NCBI GenBank assembly: GCA_002633005.1
Contig: NMRA01000470.1
Span: 209,274-273,273, forward strand
Direction: 5' to 3'
DNA: 64,000 bases
DNA from: Phoronis australis
Taxonomy: Eukaryota > Animalia > Phoronida
Shown here: positions 24,715 through 37,246 of the stretch, in pieces
Layout: every line of letters starts with the position of its first letter
Numbering within the stretch: the stretch's first letter is position 1
Translations under genes and position numbers: made by a program
Notes under the pieces: model-generated
Told to the model about the DNA's origin: nothing
Seen by the model: the letters and a program-made list of their open reading frames with translations, nothing else
Databases searched by the model: none

Positions 24715-25781
24715 CTACAGTCGTGTTGTCTTTTCATAGATGACTGCCTCTGATAGGGCTTCGTTGACTTGCGCCCCCATGGCGCGTTTTGCTCGTAAAT
24801 ATCTGTCCCCGTTGCATGAGGCGACGACTTGCATCAAAATAAGCCAACCGCACATGGCTGCCGATGCGCCCAGACTACAATAGATGATGTAGACAGAATC
24901 TATGGACAAGACATATCCCACAATCCACTGGGCGACGAATCCGCCAATCCCATTGCCGATATCGGCGACACCAATGACGAGACCAGTAACTTTGATGTAT
25001 CTGTCGGTCCAAGCAATGGCGCCTGGCCATAATGGACCAGAAAATGTATTGAATAAGATGGTCAGTATCCAAATATAAATAACATCTTCGAAGACGAGAT
25101 AGTAAAAGGCAATGAGAGTCCCCAGAATGGCAAACAGGTAAAACATCATCATAATTTGAATAGGCACGCATAATCTTATAATGGCGGAAAGAAGTCTCCC
25201 AATGGCTTGACCCAGGCCTTGCGTTGAATCTAGGACGGCTGCATTCTGTTTAGAGAATTTCAGACCATTTACAGCGAAAGTAAACAAGTAGTAGTTCATT
25301 GGCTCGTCTTTGTTTTTTAATCCAAAATAAAATAGTGCCAACATGCAACTCATGGCAACACCAAAAACGTGTTTCCCCTCAGCACAAGAACCTGGATTTA
25401 GCAAATTTGCCAGCGACATCTGTTGTGAGCCTTCACTTCGTTCACCTGTTTTCGGCTTCAAACAGAAAAATACCAAAAAGACCAACCCCATCGCCAGCAC
25501 GCATCCTCCGATAATGAAGTAAGGAATCTCAATCTTAGACACATTCGACATTGTGGAGTTATCACTACTCCCGATAGACGACACTAATGTTGGCACAATG
25601 GTGGACATTGTTGTCTGGTTCGTATCTGTTCTGTTATCTCCGAAACGGTCAGTGTCTGAGCTGAGGTAAGGGCGAGCGATAAGAGGAGCTAGCCACATTC
25701 CAATAGGGTACCCCATATGCATCAGGAAGAGTGGGGGATTGGATTTTTTCCTCCACATTCGTATTTGCATTGCGTTCCCAG
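24715..25781 (-). CDS. MFSD4/NAGLT1-like MFS transporter, coding exon 4 (last)
   Basis: Acceptor tattttcag, phase 1 (G|CT GGG AAC = AGN). Multiple hydrophobic TM segments, MFS motifs G..IGRLL and GP.WP; stop at 24715. Confidence 0.9.
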
Positions 25782-26519
25782 CTGAAAATAGAAAGCGTTG
25801 AGTACATTGTCATTGTATGGGTGTCACCAAGACCACCGATGTTGGAGATTTGGAAAAAATTATGACACTCCCTCTTGTAATCGGCAATCAAAAACGAAAC
25901 AATTCTTAAATCGATACGAAAATTTTCTCTGCAGGAATTTATAAACCCTCGAGTCGTGGCACACTAGCGAACAATAATGTGTATTATCGTTTCACTCACA
26001 TGAAATATTTAACATGTACGTAGTACTTTTCCTCTTTTATACCTTTTTCCAGTGCATCAGGGCACTATGGATTTATCAAGTAACACGGTTTCTCATTGGC
26101 TAACAGAACGAAGTAACATTCTGACACTCCGATTGGTTGGAAAATGATATTCAAACATTCTGATTGGTTGATGTTGAGAAATGCATTAGCATACTGCTCT
26201 ATGGGAAGTTGTGGCTTGCGGTTGCTACAACTTCAAAAACAGAACACAAATTTGTGTGCACGCAAGGCTTCAAGGCGCCAAACAAACGTCAAAAGAGTCA
26301 CTATACTTTGCCGGCTAATACCTGTAAAGTAAGTTGTTTTAGCAACACATCATGGTGCACCACGTGTGAAACAACAGGGGACTTTTCGTATTGGCGCTCT
26401 CTAAAGTAATGAGAGCACGAAAGAGACTTACGATTGATCCTGACTCAGATTTGGTGGAAAGAAATTCAATTATTACATCCCTTTGCCAGTGTCAACCCCT
26501 CCAATTGTTTGATTAGTTT

Positions 26520-26726
26520 AAGTTCACCAATTTATTTTAGATTTTTGATCGAAATTCTCCGCTTTATAAGCTGGCAGCTTCTGGCTTTTTGTCGCGGATG
26601 CTTCTTGGCTGTAGGAAATGTATGGAACATGATGTCCTTGCTTATCCGTGGATGTTTTAAAATGCGTTCCTTTTTTCTGAAGGCATCAGTATATTCCACT
26701 ACATAGCAGTGAAAATTTGTCGGCAT
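26520..26726 (-). pseudogene. THAP-domain relic of a DNA transposon
   Basis: MPTNFHCYV...DIMFHTFPTAKKHPRQ....LIKRR resembles a THAP N-terminus; some zinc ligands are lost. Confidence 0.45.
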
Positions 26727-27379
26727 AAAATAGCACTGAGAAAAGGCATTAAAACGTTGTTTAGACTAGTATGTTGAAACCTCTTGTCCGATCTCTTTTG
26801 ATCTGTAGAAAGCGCTGAACGCCTGTCCACCAAAGACCCGTTCGCCGTCTGGTGCAACTATTTCGAAAGTCAGCTATTGATTCTCAGGCGCTACAGAAGT
26901 CACGCGAAATCTCGCCTGATCAACTATTTTACTTTCTTTAATAGTAAATATGACACGTCACTCATGTATGCATAAGAGTAGTCTGCACGAGAAGTATGAT
27001 CGAATTAATGATCTCGAGGTTTTCAAGTTTAATTTCTCGTTTTGGGGCCGGAAATTCTGTACGTCTTCAAAACCGTGCGCATATCTAATCAATGCATAGT
27101 CCCCTGTCCTTTATCTCAATGTTTGTCAACGTAACTGTTTGGAAACAGCATGTAAGCTGTGTTTTGTGAATCCAACACCGTAAAGCGGGTGAGCTGTATC
27201 AGTGGTGCGCTTGGAACTTGATGTACACTTGACTGACGTTTTTGGATCCGCCGTGTCCACCGCTTACGACATCTGATTGGCTTTTAATGACGACTTCCAG
27301 CTTCCAAACCAATCAGACGTTCCTAGCCGATTGACCCGGCGGAACCGGCAAACTCGATCAAGTGCAGCCATTGCCTTAC

Positions 27380-27590
27380 CGTTATTAATTAAGCCATGCA
27401 TCAAACCTTGAATTGCAAAGGATAACCCCAGCACGACAATGTACTCCGACCAGGGTTTCATTACCACAGACGCGGTCGCTATAAAGAGAGCGATCGACAT
27501 GATGACGTCGTCATATAGCACCAGCTTATCCATGAGAATCCCGCCAAAAATGGATCCAACTGCCTTGCCGACGTTCATAACTGCAAGAGA
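27380..27590 (-). CDS. MFSD4/NAGLT1-like MFS transporter, coding exon 3
   Basis: taacag|TCT CTT GCA GTT ATG (SLAVMNVGKAVGSIFGGILMDK, MFS motif A-like) to AAC G|gtaagg. Phases 0 and 1 fit the neighbouring exons. Confidence 0.88.
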
Positions 27591-27899
27591 CTGTTAACAT
27601 TTTTGTTATAGTTTTGAATATCAAGCCGACGTGCATTAGAGGACAAATTTAAGGCAGTGTTTGGCGAGTTAAGAAACTAAAAAGTCTCGCTTTAGACCAG
27701 CAGCCCAGAGTACTTAGCATAGATGATCGAAGTTCTAAAATATGACTTCATGCAGGCGCATTTAGGGTCCACTCCAGTGTGTACAGAAATGAGTGTCTAA
27801 CAATGTCTTCACTCATGAGTGTGGCCCGGTCTGCGAACCTGATAACGGTGCCAGAAATTGAGCTAGGTTAGATATTCGAGGTTGCCAGGTTTTCCCCAC

Positions 27900-28947
27900 G
27901 AATGGGTGGGCGCAGTTAGTCACGGACTGGAGTTAATAGCTTTCGGTACGGTTTGCTTCGTTGGGTTTCCATCAGCTGCAGCTGGCTAAGCTTTCAGTGC
28001 TGCCAGCACCCTCTCGTGTTCCATTCTTTCTCTCTCCATCGGCTGTTCGGCGTCGCGGACTTGCCTTCTCTCTCCAGCCTCAGCAAAGATTGCCTCAGCC
28101 TAACCGGCTTCCATGTCACGAGCCTTAGCTTTTTGTTTCTCCACAAACTGTCTGAGGTCGACCCCCTGCACACCCATTTCTTGATCGCCGAGAGCCATCA
28201 AGTCCCTTAGTTGTGACCCTGTCTCCAATGAGAGTTGCTAATTCCAATAACGCCTTATTATCGCCAGTGATATTCTGGGTTGCTCGCCAATTGTCACGTT
28301 TTACTCCGTTATGGATGGGTAAGCGCAGATTGTCACTGACCGGTGCTCAGTAATATAGCTTTCGGTACTGAGGATTGGTTTGGGTTATTCGCTTTATTAA
28401 TATCGACCTTTTGTTCACAAGTGCACTCAAACAAAACCTCCAGCAGGATGATTGTTCTGTATTCCAAACAAATAATAAGTTTTACCCGGCAAAGTGTTGT
28501 TTGTCGGGTAGAATGGCGTCTTGCAAACGAAGGTGTGCCGACACTGCTGCGTTTTGATTGGTCAGTAAAGCCGTCACTTAAAATTCTGGCGATACGTCAA
28601 TTGCAACTCAACTCAAGCTCAACTCAACAGACTCACACTTTCTCATGTCCTGGTTTTTATGGTCTCTAACAATGTTCTAGATCTTTTCACCAGTAAGCAA
28701 ACATGTTTCTATACACGTAAAACAAGCCTCTATGACGTTCCAGACTACAGTCCTCTAGATTTCTATTTTAAACAAATTGCATCATCATCACTAGCCTAGC
28801 CCCATGAGTCATGTCACTTAGTGCGTTATCTGCTGGAACAGCAAATTAAGACCTATGGAGCCAAACCTAGTGTCGGCCTACTACTGTCAGAGACATGGAC
28901 CAAAACTGATATAAAATAAACATTCGTGCCCCATCGAGCTCGTGACA
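27900..28947 (-). mobile_element. Truncated Gypsy-type LTR retrotransposon: 5' LTR, PBS and gag start
   Basis: LTR 28292-28947 with TGTCACG...CGTGACA ends; PBS TGGCGAGCAACCCAG 2 nt inside (28275-28289); then degraded LRDLMALG..G..G.DLRQFVEKQK..ERERMEHE, typical of a Gypsy gag N-terminus. Confidence 0.8.
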
Positions 28948-28959
28948 GACCAATTCCAC

Positions 28960-29952
28960 CCTGGAAAGGTCCCGCCAAACTCCTAAGCCCCCCCCCCCCC
29001 CATCGAACTAGCTCAAAACTTCGGTGTATCGCTGGTCAGTAAATAACCTATAGTAGACAAAATACACTGTGTTTGGCCCTGGAAAAAACAAAAGTGTCAT
29101 CCACAGAATGCTGTACATATTTTTGTTTTTATATATCTGTAATAGCATGTCTAAGTATTAGAATACTTATTTTAGATACTACTTAATTGTATATACCTCT
29201 ATGTATATAAGTTTCATTTATGAATTGTTTACAACCCAGATATAATGCTTCGCGGTTTCTGGGTTTGTTATTATTTCTTTGTATGTTCTGTGTATCCTTC
29301 AATAAATATATATCACAGTAAAAAAAAGAATGCTGTTGAAAATTTAAACTAGATTAGATATTCGAGACAGCGGCTATAAGTGACAAATCGTGCTACATTG
29401 AGCACTACATGACCCATGACAAAAATTGAGCTATAAAAAGGCACGCCAGAAACCCCCCTGCCCCCTTCCCTCCAGAAGAAACCATTCGAGGTGACTCGTA
29501 TCAGTTCCATATTATTCTGTCAGTTCTGAATGTTCACCATAGCAGTCTTTGAAGAAGTATTGAAGTTTTCAGTGACCAATGACGTGTATTAATATGGAAT
29601 TGCTTTTATGGTACCTCGAATGTTGAAAACGTTCAACTTTTGGGAGATATTTTAGTATCTAGCGGACCCTTTCCAGACGGCAATTTTTGTCATGGATCTA
29701 TTGATGCTCACTATGGCACAATTATTCATGTTCAATCAATTTTGACCGGTTCCTCAAACATCTAGACTAGATCACGTTTTCAAAGCAATCTATGGCTGAG
29801 ATTTCTGACAGACACTACCCTTAGTGTATTTTGTCCGTCATAGGCCATCTAGTGAGCAGTGGTATGTACTGAATCCTATAGAATTGGTTCTGTGATCTCT
29901 TGAATGTTTGAGCTAGCTCAATTTTGTGGGCGCGTTTCGCATAGGTCTTTCG
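28960..29952. mobile_element. Old foldback / Academ-related inverted-repeat element (may extend 27693-30056)
   Basis: Several inverted pairs (gacaaaatacact/agtgtattttgtc; ccatgacaaaaattg/caatttttgtcatgg; ctagctcaaa/tttgagctag). TAGAC..CCCAG at 27693 and its inverse end at 30056, but no matching TSD. Confidence 0.5.
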
Positions 29953-32548
29953 ATGCTCAGTGTGGCAAGATTACTCATTTCTTATCAGCCTCAGACGGTA
30001 CCTCCAATATGTTATCTCGTTCACATCCATTTCTTTGCATACTGGGGTGCAGTCTAAATGTGCCGGTGATCAGATGTTGATAAGTGCCATGATAAGTGCT
30101 CCAGGATGCCGGTCTATTTCATGGGTACCGAGGTTCCGGCTGAAGTTACACCGGTCATCTGAGGTTGCATTTGGCGAGGTGGTATTCACCAAAACAGGCG
30201 CTACGTATACTCCAAATTCTCAGCGGCCGGCTTGGAATTGACTGATTCGTTCCGATATATATAGTTCTCGGAAAATGATGGAAGTAAATATTAAAGCGGT
30301 GTGGCAACATTTTTGGTTCCCCGAATATTCTTCCCAGCGTGTCGACACACAAGCTGTTTGTTGTTAATTTGTTAAAAAGTATTGCGTTGTTGGGTTCGTT
30401 ACTATTATTTTCCATTTTAATCACGAATTTAGACATTTGTAATGATTGCTGCAATGACGTCATAGTGCGATGGTACTGATATTCCTTCATTCAATAGTAA
30501 TGAAAATTCCATTAATTGATGTACGGCATAACACTGTGTCAAAACATAAAAGTAACTTGCACACATTCCTCAGTAACATTGGAACAATCTCCTTTCTTCA
30601 GGCATGCAGCTATGTGGTAAAACAGAGAGATATAACAAACAAACAAATTAAAACATTCTCTGTTTGTTTGCCCCTCTTCCCGCTGTAACGTGTATTTCAC
30701 TGTTAATTTCGCTTCGTATATGTTCATTCCTTTTATTGCCTGATGATAAAACTTACAGTCTCGAAATATAGCTAATGTTTTAATTTTGTTTGTTTGTTTG
30801 TCATGTATCTCTGTGTTTTGCTATATAGCTGCACACCAGAAGAAAGGAGATTGTTTCGACACCACAAGCGAGTCTGTATCAAGCTTTCAAACAAAAAGTT
30901 TAGTCGTGTTTTCAACGAAGTTTGTGATAACGAAGGGCTACCACCGAGCTATACTGATTTCAAGCATACACGTATGAGTACTATAAATGGACAAAACTCA
31001 CTTAAATAATACAATACAAGAGGTGACAGTCTGTTAGAGTGAGAGCCTGTTTACGAAAGAACTGAGCAAAAAGTACTTTTTAAGAAGGGTGATATTTTGA
31101 ATCTAGGTGCATGGGCCTAAATAAACGCACACCAGGCTTCGAATCGGTAATTAATGACACGTATCCCTCTTACTGACGGTATATAACACAAATTATGAAC
31201 CACGTTATAGGCCGGGATCTCAAAGTTTTGTTTTGGGCACGAAAAGGTACGGCAGTGATTCATGGGTATCCCGATGTTAGGAAATGGACATCTGGTAGGT
31301 TCTCTCTGGTGATGCCATGTGAATGGCACTCAAAAGTTGAGCTAGATCAACTTTTCAGGTAACCATTTAAAATACCTGAGGCATCTGCTAGTCACAGTAT
31401 CAACCCACTGCCAGACAATTTCAGCGGTGAGGAACATCAGCCAACTGTGACCAAAAGTTGAGTAGGATCAACCCAAGAGGTGACCGCAAGAAAGTGGTTA
31501 AAAATTATTCAGCATAGACCAATGTGTCACGAGTGAAGAGTGACAAAAATTCAGTGCTGGATTTTCCTCGCCAGAGACGCCCAAATCCCCGAGTTGAGTT
31601 AGCCAAACCCAGTACTGAGGTAACTGGTTAAAATCAACTGTATGCGAATATAAACTTCTGGTGAATCAGTCTTCTCTACCAGAGGCATAATTTGGGCTGG
31701 CCAGGTCAAGAAATACGTCTAACATTGTCCGGGAAGTGTTGTTAGACTTTGTTGTCTGGTCTTGGAGCATTGTTCTTTTTTATGACCGCACTTTATGAGA
31801 AATGCGTAAATTTCCGACCCAAATAATCAGTTTCAAAAGTCACTTTCAGCATTTTGTTGTATACTTGATTCTTCTCAGTATATACTAAGTAAACACCGAT
31901 ACGTCTAGATCCCGGATGTCGAAAGGGAACAACCATTTCCGAATGACGAGACAAATGTTCACGGCACTTATGGAAACGATATACGCAGAACTGTTAGGTC
32001 GTATGTATTGGCGGGGACAGATTTCTTGTTCACCTATATCCTCCAATGAATACCAATTTTCGTGAATAATTTTATTCTTCAATGTACATGTAGCAAGGCG
32101 CTTGCGAATTTGAGTTTTTCTATAAAATGCCTTGCAGTTGGGTCAATATCCAGTGCTTAATTAATATGGTCGAGTCCATATAATTGCTATAAACCACCTG
32201 TTTGAATTCATGCAGACATCCGGTACATGAACAATTATTTTGCCGAATTGATTACCAGTAATTGACAAAATGATTAAAAAAAAATTGTTCTCTGTTCATC
32301 ATCTTTAAAGGACTTTTTATTGTGACTATGCACGATCACTCCGGAAATGCAAGCATTTGCGGTGCATTCATAACACAGACGTTTACAAGCCGCGCGAAAC
32401 CAAGGTTTGGTTTGAGTGAAATTCGTCTGAAAAAAGTCGGCCTTGATAAAATTGGTAAAACTTGCCAATGAAAAGCTTATTTTTTCCCAAACGCAAGTAC
32501 ATATGTCATGGACGGGTGTTGATGGGAGTTTTTTTTTTCAATATTATG

Positions 32549-32626
32549 TGTGTTGTTGTTGTTGCTGCTGTTTTTTTTTTGTTGTTGTTGTTGTTGTTGT
32601 CGTCGTCGTCCTCGTCGTCGTCGTTG
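32549..32626. repeat. (GTT)n/(GTC)n microsatellite
   Basis: Direct reading. Confidence 0.9.
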
Positions 32627-33042
32627 TAATCCACATAGCTCGTGACGCACTCCGGGTAAAATAGATTACGATAAAATGTGTTTTTCGGCCGTAGTCCTTT
32701 TAAGCTGATTCTAGTGTTGTCCGGGAGAACGCGCCAAACTCAGAATTAGGGAATTTATTTGCATGTACATGTATATCGATAGATCTATGGACGATGATTG
32801 GTCCACCATAGTTTGTGTCGTGCTATATTCATTCATTGTACACGCGTCTTGTGATGAACGTTGGTTCGAGCTCTGAAACTTTATTTTTGGTCGGCAGAAG
32901 CATTCTACCACTGAAATCGTCTGGCATATAATAGTTGTCACACGTGGAGTGTTGTGGAACACATGGCATTGTGGTTTCAACTGGTTACCTGATGGGTTGA
33001 ACTGGCTCAACTCTGAGGTCTGGGCGCGTCTAGCACCGTTAA

Positions 33043-34692
33043 AGGAGTATGCCACCCGATTTAATTAGTGTTTTTACCGTCTAAATCGGTCTATATCCAC
33101 ATCGCATCTTATATGGTCGACCTCACCTTACCGAGAGGTGTCGCGTTAACCTGTGAGGAAGGTGAGAAACGACGCAGCGACGTCAGTGGTTCGTCTGCAA
33201 AGTGAATGCCGGTATATTGCGGTGCATCTTTCCCGTTTGTCCGAACTATGAAGCTGCGAAGAAAGCGGGTATATCGTTTTTTCGATTTCTTCGAGAACCC
33301 GAAATGCTTAGAAAGTGTCTCGCAGTAGGGAAGAATGACAGGTACGCCGTTAATAGCAAGTATGAGGCCATGAAACATCTGTGGTCGGCATTTCGTCGAC
33401 AGTGATTTCTCTGACGAATTCCGACTTACCAAAAACTCTCCATACATTCCGTTGCCTGTGCATGTTCATGGCGCCTGTCTACTATTTCTTGATCAGTGTA
33501 TTCCGGTTCGAACTGATAGCCTGTGAAACCTAACGATCCGACCCGTGAAGTCTTCGTCGGATGAGCTCTTGACTAAGTCGGGATTGGCTCCGGGCGAGTT
33601 GCCATGTAGACGTTTATTATTCTGCGTTCTGTTTCAAACATCTGCGTTTTGTTTCAAAATAAATTATTCTCATTATAACCAATGCTTATATAAAACTTAA
33701 ACAAAGTCTGTGTCGTTAGATACAATTTGTAATGAATTTGCAGTATTCGTGAGTGCAAAGGCTGAGAAGCCAGCAATGAATAAACCACTGCGTTACCGGC
33801 TTTTGATGCCAGCAATACAGGTGATTGACCGGTCACCGAGGCTGTGTGAGCGCATGCTAATTCAGTGTTTGTTGAAAGAAAGCTCTTGTGAAAAATTTCT
33901 CGATTTTATATGCTACTGCCACATGTTAGGGGAATCTTTATTTAGAAATACAAATACATTATTCAAATTATTGTTACTGTACAGCCTTTGCCTTGACGGT
34001 CTGTGGAAGGGGAACCCGACTTCGCGGCCCCCGACAAGCAAGTACATTTTCAGTTTCGTGGCTAGTTCACATAAATAATTACGTGCACATTATTTCTTTG
34101 GCTCACTATTATAGTCTTTTCGTTACTAGAGGTTTGGTTTCCAACTCAAGCTGGTTTATGTTCGTGCCAGTCCCGGCGGCCGTGACGGGCCTGATCGGGG
34201 TTCCGAGCCACTGGCTGGGATAACGAGTCAGTCCGGCCGCGACGGGCATGATCGAGTTCCGAGCCAAAAAATAACAAATCTAAACCACACAGATCTAGGT
34301 TCTCCTGTCTGTATTTCACGGAAGAATACTTCAAATTTATCTCCGAACAGACGCCAAACTCCTGCTAAGGACCTTGGTAAATTGGCCTGCCGAATTTTGT
34401 AGGCTACCGTGTGTCCAAATACCAATAAATTCGTAACAGCGAAATAAAACAACACGTTTTTATAAGAACTCGGTGTATTTTTAAGAGTTTTACATCAAAG
34501 TTTGATGATTTATTGGTGTTAAACGATGAATTCAACCGATGAGCTGACACCAGTAACCCGTGTTGTGAACTGCTAAACAGACTGCGTGTGAAACCAATGA
34601 CGTCAGGTAACGCAACCGAACGTGTCGGTTTCGAGTAGAATCACTCGATCTAAATTGATACAAATAGGTTGTTTTTTGGGTGACATTCTCCT
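33043..34692 (+). mobile_element. Internally deleted Kolobok DNA transposon, copy 2, nested in the Academ element
   Basis: TTAA TSD (33039-33042, 34693-34696); TIR AGGAGTATGCCACCC / GGGTGACATTCTCCT; THAP stub CIFPVC..FFRF at 33202-33405; colinear with copy 1. Confidence 0.85.
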
Positions 34693-35743
34693 TTAACCCA
34701 CCACTGACAGTGTTCATTCATGATACATGGAGTTTTATGTTGAATATTTTGCAACCAATTGTATGCAGTTACTTCTAGAGTTGATCTAGCTCAAGTTTGG
34801 GACCCCAGTATTTTTATCTGACCCCCAACAAAGACATCCCATCTAAGAAATAGGATTGATTTATTCCATTAGATTATTGTGCAATTGGTTTTAACTGGTT
34901 TCCTGGTGGGTTGATCTAGTCCCACTCTGAGATGTGGGCATGTCTGGCGGCGTTAACCCACAACTGGATTTGTCTGGCAGTGTTCTCTCTTTATACATGG
35001 CGTTGAATATTTTACAACCGATTTGATGCGGTAACCTCTTCGGTTGATCTAGGTCAATTTTGGGACACCCAGTATTTTTGTCGCAGGGGCACCCTGCCAG
35101 TGAAATTGTCTGTCATATAACTGCTGCGCCACGTGGAGTGCTTTCAACCAGTTACCTCAGTAGTGGGTTGGGCGTGTCTGCCGAGAATTTGGGCGTGTCT
35201 GGCGAGGATAATCCACTACTGAATTTTTGCCAGTCTTCACCCGTGACACATTGGTCTATGCTGAATAATTTGTAACCACTTTCTTGCGATCACCTCTTGG
35301 GTTGATCCAGCTCAATTTTTAGTCGCTTGGCTGATGTTCTCCACCACTGAAATTGTCTGGCAGTGGATAATTTTGATTCAGTGAATTTAGTAGTAAGTTT
35401 AGCAAAATGTATTTTTAAGTGGTTACCAGAAAAGTTGATCTAGCTCAATTTTTGAGTGCCATTCTCATGACCCTCCTGACCACGCCAACCAGAGCGAACC
35501 TGCCAGATGGCCATTTCCTAACATTGGGATACCCATGGATCATTCCCAAAAATCTCTGGGATCCCAGTCTAGTTACTCACCCCGCAACGTGTCATAGAAA
35601 ACTGGCAGATGAAAAAGCTTCCAAAACTTCCGAAACTCGCATGCTTCATGTCAGTTGCAGATGACCTTGCATTTTTTGCTAACATGTTAAGAAATTTTTA
35701 GACCAATTTCATTGTCGCATACATTTACAAAAGAAATATTTAC

Positions 35744-35824
35744 ATGAGAAATGCTGTCCTGAGAAACGTTGACACGTTCTTGGAGGTCTAACATTGCCGT
35801 GCTGTTGATTTGATTGAACATTCC
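35744..35824 (-). CDS. MFSD4/NAGLT1-like MFS transporter, coding exon 2 (81 nt; not in ORF track)
   Basis: ttgcag|GGA..CAT|gtaaat encodes GMFNQINSTAMLDLQERVNVSQDSISH, matching the MFSD4 'G....GPTLLDL' segment; phases 0 and 0. Confidence 0.85.
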
Positions 35825-36690
35825 CTGCAATATAAAAAGAAAAAAGTTTCTACTTTATAATGCACTCAGGCTCATAGCCACATCATTAGGTATGCAATCA
35901 GGGACGTAGGCTGGTACCCGTGGCAGGAATAGACGGAGTGTACTCCTAAAGCACCCAGAGTACCAGCACAATATAAGAATGCGCACGCGCATACTAGAAA
36001 TCAATGTAGAGTCAGTCCACTACCAACATAGCGTGTGATTCTGTTAATGTTAAGCATACTTTTTTGAGATTCGTTTACCTCCGGACCTACTTGTACAGTT
36101 CCCAAGTGGGTACATAAACCTGAACGGAAGCTGTAGCTGCGGGAATTCTTACCACGCGTAGACCTACATTCGGAAGATGGCATTTTTGACTGAGACCAAA
36201 ATATGCCTGGGCTTGTGATGCCTTTTATAGTTTTGAATGAATTTCTTTGGTCTGAAGAAGTAACGAACTGTTAGTTTTTCCCAAATTCTGAGATCAGTTT
36301 TAAACTTAGTCGGTGGCGAATAAGAGCAGACCACTTTTATAACGGTATGTGGCAAAAATCGTAACTTTTTTACAGAAAGCACGGTGTTAATGCCGCTTTA
36401 ATACAAATGAAACGACAAGACTTTTCGCGGTAACATATTCAAAAATATTTATGCATGTATACACTGTGAGACGTTTCGCTGTGATTCTTACTAGTTGAAC
36501 TTCGTTTGTGAGGTGATGTTTGTTTAATCATATATTGGTTGCATACTCACTGTTAAGGTTTGGCTGAAGTTCAGCGAAATGTATCACAGTGTACATGTAT
36601 ATTTATATATAATATCGAAATACGAATGTTATCGTAAAAAGTTTTGGATTTCATTTACATTTATCATGTTGATATGCATTTTTTTCTTAC

Positions 36691-36849
36691 CATTACAATC
36701 CAAACCACTATGAGAACACCCGATTTGCTTACTCGGTACCATAGCGGCAATGGGTTTGTTTCCTGCACGCTTTGTTCTTTGTCGTCTGCAAGAGTTTCGT
36801 CGTCCTCTGCCAGTTCTGCATTCCTTGAAGATAAGTCTTCGGTGACCAT
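36691..36849 (-). CDS. MFSD4/NAGLT1-like MFS transporter, coding exon 1
   Basis: MVTEDL..WYRVSKSGVLIVVWIVM|gtaaga, with an acceptor (ctcctgccag) at 36881. The four exons total 1518 nt, i.e. 505 aa plus stop, in frame. Confidence 0.82.
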
Positions 36850-37120
36850 GGTAATTGTGCACTTCGCGTCTACGGTTTTGCTGGCAGGAGCAAATGTTAC
36901 TGGTTGATATAGTGCTAAGTTTGATATTGGTTGCTATCACTTTGCATCATAAGATAATACCGACATTGGGGGTATGCTAAGTATACTTAGTGGTAGATAA
37001 GAATACGTATCTCTGAGTCGGGGGCTTCATTCACTTGTGAATGCAATCTTATCAAATTACCGGGGATACTCAACTGTACAATAATATTGTATTTTTGACA
37101 CGATGCAACGCGACCAGTCA

Positions 37121-37246
37121 AATTTTGAGTGTTTCAACCGAGGCTCAAAAATTATTGAATGCTTCAACTGAAGCTCAAAAAACTATTGAGTGCTTCAACC
37201 GTTGATTAAAAAACTATTGAGTGCTTCAACTGTGTCTCAAAAAACT
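37121..37246. repeat. ~30-31 bp tandem repeat, 4 degenerate copies
   Basis: Core aaaaactattgagtgcttcaac repeated. Confidence 0.8.

Larger units (their letters stand above)
31208..35571. mobile_element. Non-autonomous Academ-type transposon with ~430-bp TIRs
   Basis: TAGGCCGGGATC...GATCCCAGTCTA termini; 4-bp TSD gtta (31204-31207, 35572-35575); 31208-31635 is the inverse of ~35145-35571; internal subrepeats carry ttgatctagctcaa. Confidence 0.8.

Noticed and set aside
37121-37246. Repeat with short variable interspaces (mini-CRISPR-like)
   Set aside because: Variable parts are only ~8 nt and related to each other; an ordinary degenerate tandem repeat.
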